A program made the position numbers and the translations under genes. From positions 1-27,927 of the forward strand of contig JBDHKN010000075.1 in NCBI GenBank assembly GCA_039586365.1: a DNA stretch of 27,927 nt, written 5' to 3'. Shown here piece by piece: positions 25,507 through 27,927 of the stretch; position 1 is the stretch's first letter; every line of letters begins with the position of its first letter. The notes beneath the pieces were generated by a model. The model made no database searches. It saw only the letters and a list, made by a program, of their open reading frames with translations, and was not told the origin of the DNA. This DNA is from Gemmatimonadota bacterium. Its GTDB lineage: Bacteria; Gemmatimonadota; Gemmatimonadetes; Gemmatimonadales; GWC2-71-9.

Positions 25507-26765
25507 GTGGAGTCGGCAGCCTGGGTCACGAGTAGGCTCACTGATCGAAGCGTCGCCTCCGAGAGGTTGGTCGTGTAAGTGACCACCAGGTATCGCTCTC
25601 CTGCTGCGAGCGGTGCCTCGAGGCGAACGAACAATACCGAGCTGAGTATGGGACGTTCCGCCAGCAACGCGGCGACCCTACTGGTGTCGGCGGTGACGGA
25701 ATCGGGTGCGGCGGCTGCGGCGGTATCGCCCGTCAAGGTCAGCGGCACCGCCGTGGAATCGACACGGGTGGAGTCCGCTCTCAGCGAATCAGCTACCAAT
25801 GAGTCGGCTGCCTCTGCCTCTGCTGCTGCGGCCAGGCTTCGCAAGGAGTCGGCTATTGCAGCCTCCACGGTCCTCACTGAATCGTAGATGTCTTGGGACC
25901 ACACGGCGGCTACCGTTACGGGAACGGTATCGGGCAGTGCAAACACTTGAACCGCGCTGTCGGTGGGGGCGCTCGGTTGCAGCCTCTGGGAGAACTCTAC
26001 CTGCACCGTTAGGCTGTCCACTTGGAGCAGACTGGTTATTCGCGGTCCAATGGTGTCGTGAGCAAAAGTCCAGAATACGTGAGACAGTGTCGAATCCAGC
26101 TCGACTGTTACTGAGTCGAATCCTTCCCGCAGATCCCTCTGCCGGTTGCTGTTGCCGTCGATGGTGGCGAACAACTGATAGCGCCCCGACGGCACTGCCG
26201 CGAGTTGGAAATCGCCGCTGGAGTCTGCTTGGGTGAAGTAGACCAGTGAGTCGGGTAGCAGTACTGCCTCGATCAACGCGCGAGGTGCCGCTCGGCCTGC
26301 CTCCCAATCGATGATCGTGCCCGTTAGCTGGGTGGCCGGGATCGGAGGGCCGGTTGAGAACACGATGGTAATGGCAGAGTCGAGCCGATTGTTGCGGAGA
26401 TCGGCGAATCCGGGGAGAATCTTCAAGTGATAGATCGTGCCCTGCCGCCAGCCTCCCCGGGGCCGGACCGTGACGCGGCTGCGCTTCCAGTTGACTTCAG
26501 TCTCCTCGGGACGGGGGGCGACCAGCACCAGATTCTCCAATCCGCCCGCCGATGCTTCGGCGATGACTTCATCGAATCGGATCTCGAAGTCGTCCCCGAA
26601 GTCCGCGATGACTGCCCCCGAGTCTGGTGTGATGCTGATGATGACAGGTGGCGTGTAATCGGGTGGGCCCCCGGGTGGAGCTTCGATCTTGGCGCAGCTG
26701 CAGAGAAGAGCTAACAGCCCAACACGCGCAACTTGGCGGCCAGCGTCTCTCGCTGCTCCTGCCAC
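25503..26765 (-). CDS. Lipoprotein with Ig-like (Big_5/SbsA-type) and carboxypeptidase-regulatory-like domains, D-S/T-rich C-terminus
   Basis: Lipobox LLALLCSC followed by AKIEAPPGGPPDYTPP; IRFDEVI; DLRNNRL..IVFSTG. GTG 26765 lies 5 nt after AAGGAG and overlaps valS by 55 nt; the stop overlaps the selA start (ATGA). Confidence 0.85.
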   Translation of the reverse strand: MAGAARDAGRQVARVGLLALLCSCAKIEAPPGGPPDYTPPVIISITPDSGAVIADFGDDFEIRFDEVIAEASAGGLENLVLVAPRPEETEVNWKRSRVTVRPRGGWRQGTIYHLKILPGFADLRNNRLDSAITIVFSTGPPIPATQLTGTIIDWEAGRAAPRALIEAVLLPDSLVYFTQADSSGDFQLAAVPSGRYQLFATIDGNSNRQRDLREGFDSVTVELDSTLSHVFWTFAHDTIGPRITSLLQVDSLTVQVEFSQRLQPSAPTDSAVQVFALPDTVPVTVAAVWSQDIYDSVRTVEAAIADSLRSLAAAAEAEAADSLVADSLRADSTRVDSTAVPLTLTGDTAAAAAPDSVTADTSRVAALLAERPILSSVLFVRLEAPLAAGERYLVVTYTTNLSEATLRSVSLLVTQAADST

Positions 26766-27927
26766 GAGCACTCCTTCTCTTTCTCCCGGTTCACAACTTC
26801 CTCCGGTGCGCGCTGCAGGAATTGCTCATTGGCGAGCTTCGCAGTCACACCTGCCAGTTGCCTGTTCAAACGCTCGAGTTCGCCCGAGAGTCTCTTGCAC
26901 TCCCTGTCCACGTCTATGGCGTCACCCAATGGTACGAATACGGCAGAGCCGTCGGGTAACACCGAGTGGGCGCCAACTCCTGTAGTAGGTTGCTCGGTCA
27001 TCGACAGCTCACTCACTTTGGCGAGACGCTCTACGGTCTCCTGCTCGGCGTTGAACGCCTCCCAGGTCGCTGTACCGGCGGGCTGAATCCAAGCACGCAC
27101 GGCAGTTCCGGGCGCCACTCCGTATTCTGCCCGCACCGTTCTGATGGCGCCGATAAGTGCCTGGACACGCGCAAACCGGTCTTCTGCCTCCTCGTCCACG
27201 AGATCGTCTTTTGGCAGCGGCCATTCGGATACCGCGAGAAGTTGGCGCCGGTCACCGGGCAGGTTCTGCCACAGTTCTTCACTGATGAATGGCATGATGG
27301 GATGAATCAACTTGAGCGCGGTCTCGAAGACATGACAGAGTACCGCTCGAGCTGTAGCGCCGCCTGGCCGCTTGCCGTAGAGCCGTGGCTTGACCTGCTC
27401 GACGTACCAATCGGCGAAGTCGCCCCAGATGAAATGGTATGTTGTGTTGGCGGCGTCGTTGAGCCGGAAGCGTTCCAGGTTGTCGGTGACCGATGCGACA
27501 GTACGCTGGCAGCGTGACAGAATCCAACGGTCGGCCAGTTCGAGCTGTGCGGGATCGACTTGGTCGATGGCGGCGATCGATCCATCCAAGTTCATGATGC
27601 TGAGGCGACCCACGTTCCACAGTTTGTTGGCGAAGTTGCGACCCGCTGCGAACGTGCCCTCCATGTCGTTCCGATCCATGATGATGTCGGTGCCTGCCGC
27701 CGCACCCGCCACCAGCGTGAAGCGGAGTGCGTCTCCGCCATACGACTTCACGACGTCGAGAGGATCTATGCCGTTACCCAGCGATTTCGAGAATGCGCGA
27801 TGCAGCGGATCGCGCACAATGCCGTTCATGTAAACCGTCTCGAACGGGCTCTCGTTCATGAAGTGGTAGCCGGACATCACCATGCGGGCTACCCAAAAGA
27901 ATATGATGTCCGGCGCGGTGACCAAGA
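26711..27927 (-). CDS. valS: Valyl-tRNA synthetase, C-terminal part (5' end outside the window)
   Basis: VTAPDIIFFWVARM, AFSKSLGNGIDPL, YGGDALRFTL, GRNFANKLWN, DRWILS, FADWYVEQVK, HPIMPFISEELW, C-terminal coiled coil with KLANEQFLQRAPEEVV. Confidence 0.98.
   Translation of the reverse strand, partial: LVTAPDIIFFWVARMVMSGYHFMNESPFETVYMNGIVRDPLHRAFSKSLGNGIDPLDVVKSYGGDALRFTLVAGAAAGTDIIMDRNDMEGTFAAGRNFANKLWNVGRLSIMNLDGSIAAIDQVDPAQLELADRWILSRCQRTVASVTDNLERFRLNDAANTTYHFIWGDFADWYVEQVKPRLYGKRPGGATARAVLCHVFETALKLIHPIMPFISEELWQNLPGDRRQLLAVSEWPLPKDDLVDEEAEDRFARVQALIGAIRTVRAEYGVAPGTAVRAWIQPAGTATWEAFNAEQETVERLAKVSELSMTEQPTTGVGAHSVLPDGSAVFVPLGDAIDVDRECKRLSGELERLNRQLAGVTAKLANEQFLQRAPEEVVNREKEKECSWQEQRETLAAKLRVLGC

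Overview
GC-rich bacterial chromosomal window. Gene content suggests Gemmatimonadota or another FCB-group lineage (inference from the Hanks kinase-TM-TPR protein, DUF2723, DUF4105/Lnb, the PPGGPxD-type Ig lipoprotein and intergenic heptamer repeats). It has three zones. (1) About 1-7256 is an array of short, unrelated, almost all co-oriented genes: DinB, SAM methyltransferase, membrane protein, RibD-C reductase, small alpha/beta-barrel protein, SnoaL, ICMT-like, GNAT-YoaP, ABM and RsgA. They are punctuated by eight alignable but degenerate attC-like palindromes, so this looks like the decaying distal end of an integron cassette array (or a CALIN). No integrase is in the window and two cassette genes are frameshifted. 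(2) 7276-13834 (+) holds a DUF4105/Lnb-like gene, two small Arg-motif Zn-ribbon proteins flanking gdhA-ppk2, and two SDRs. (3) 13858-27927 (-) is one long co-oriented run: valS (partial), Ig-like lipoprotein, selA, PPC-repeat protein, purN, purH, DUF2723/TMEM260-like GT-C enzyme, Ser/Thr kinase and a translationally coupled SARP/BTAD-AAA regulator. Exported proteins in zone 3 are enriched in D-S/T motifs matching the Bacteroidota O-glycosylation sequon, next to a candidate protein O-mannosyltransferase. No rRNA, tRNA, CRISPR or transposase was seen. All family calls come from motif recognition by eye; no searches were run.
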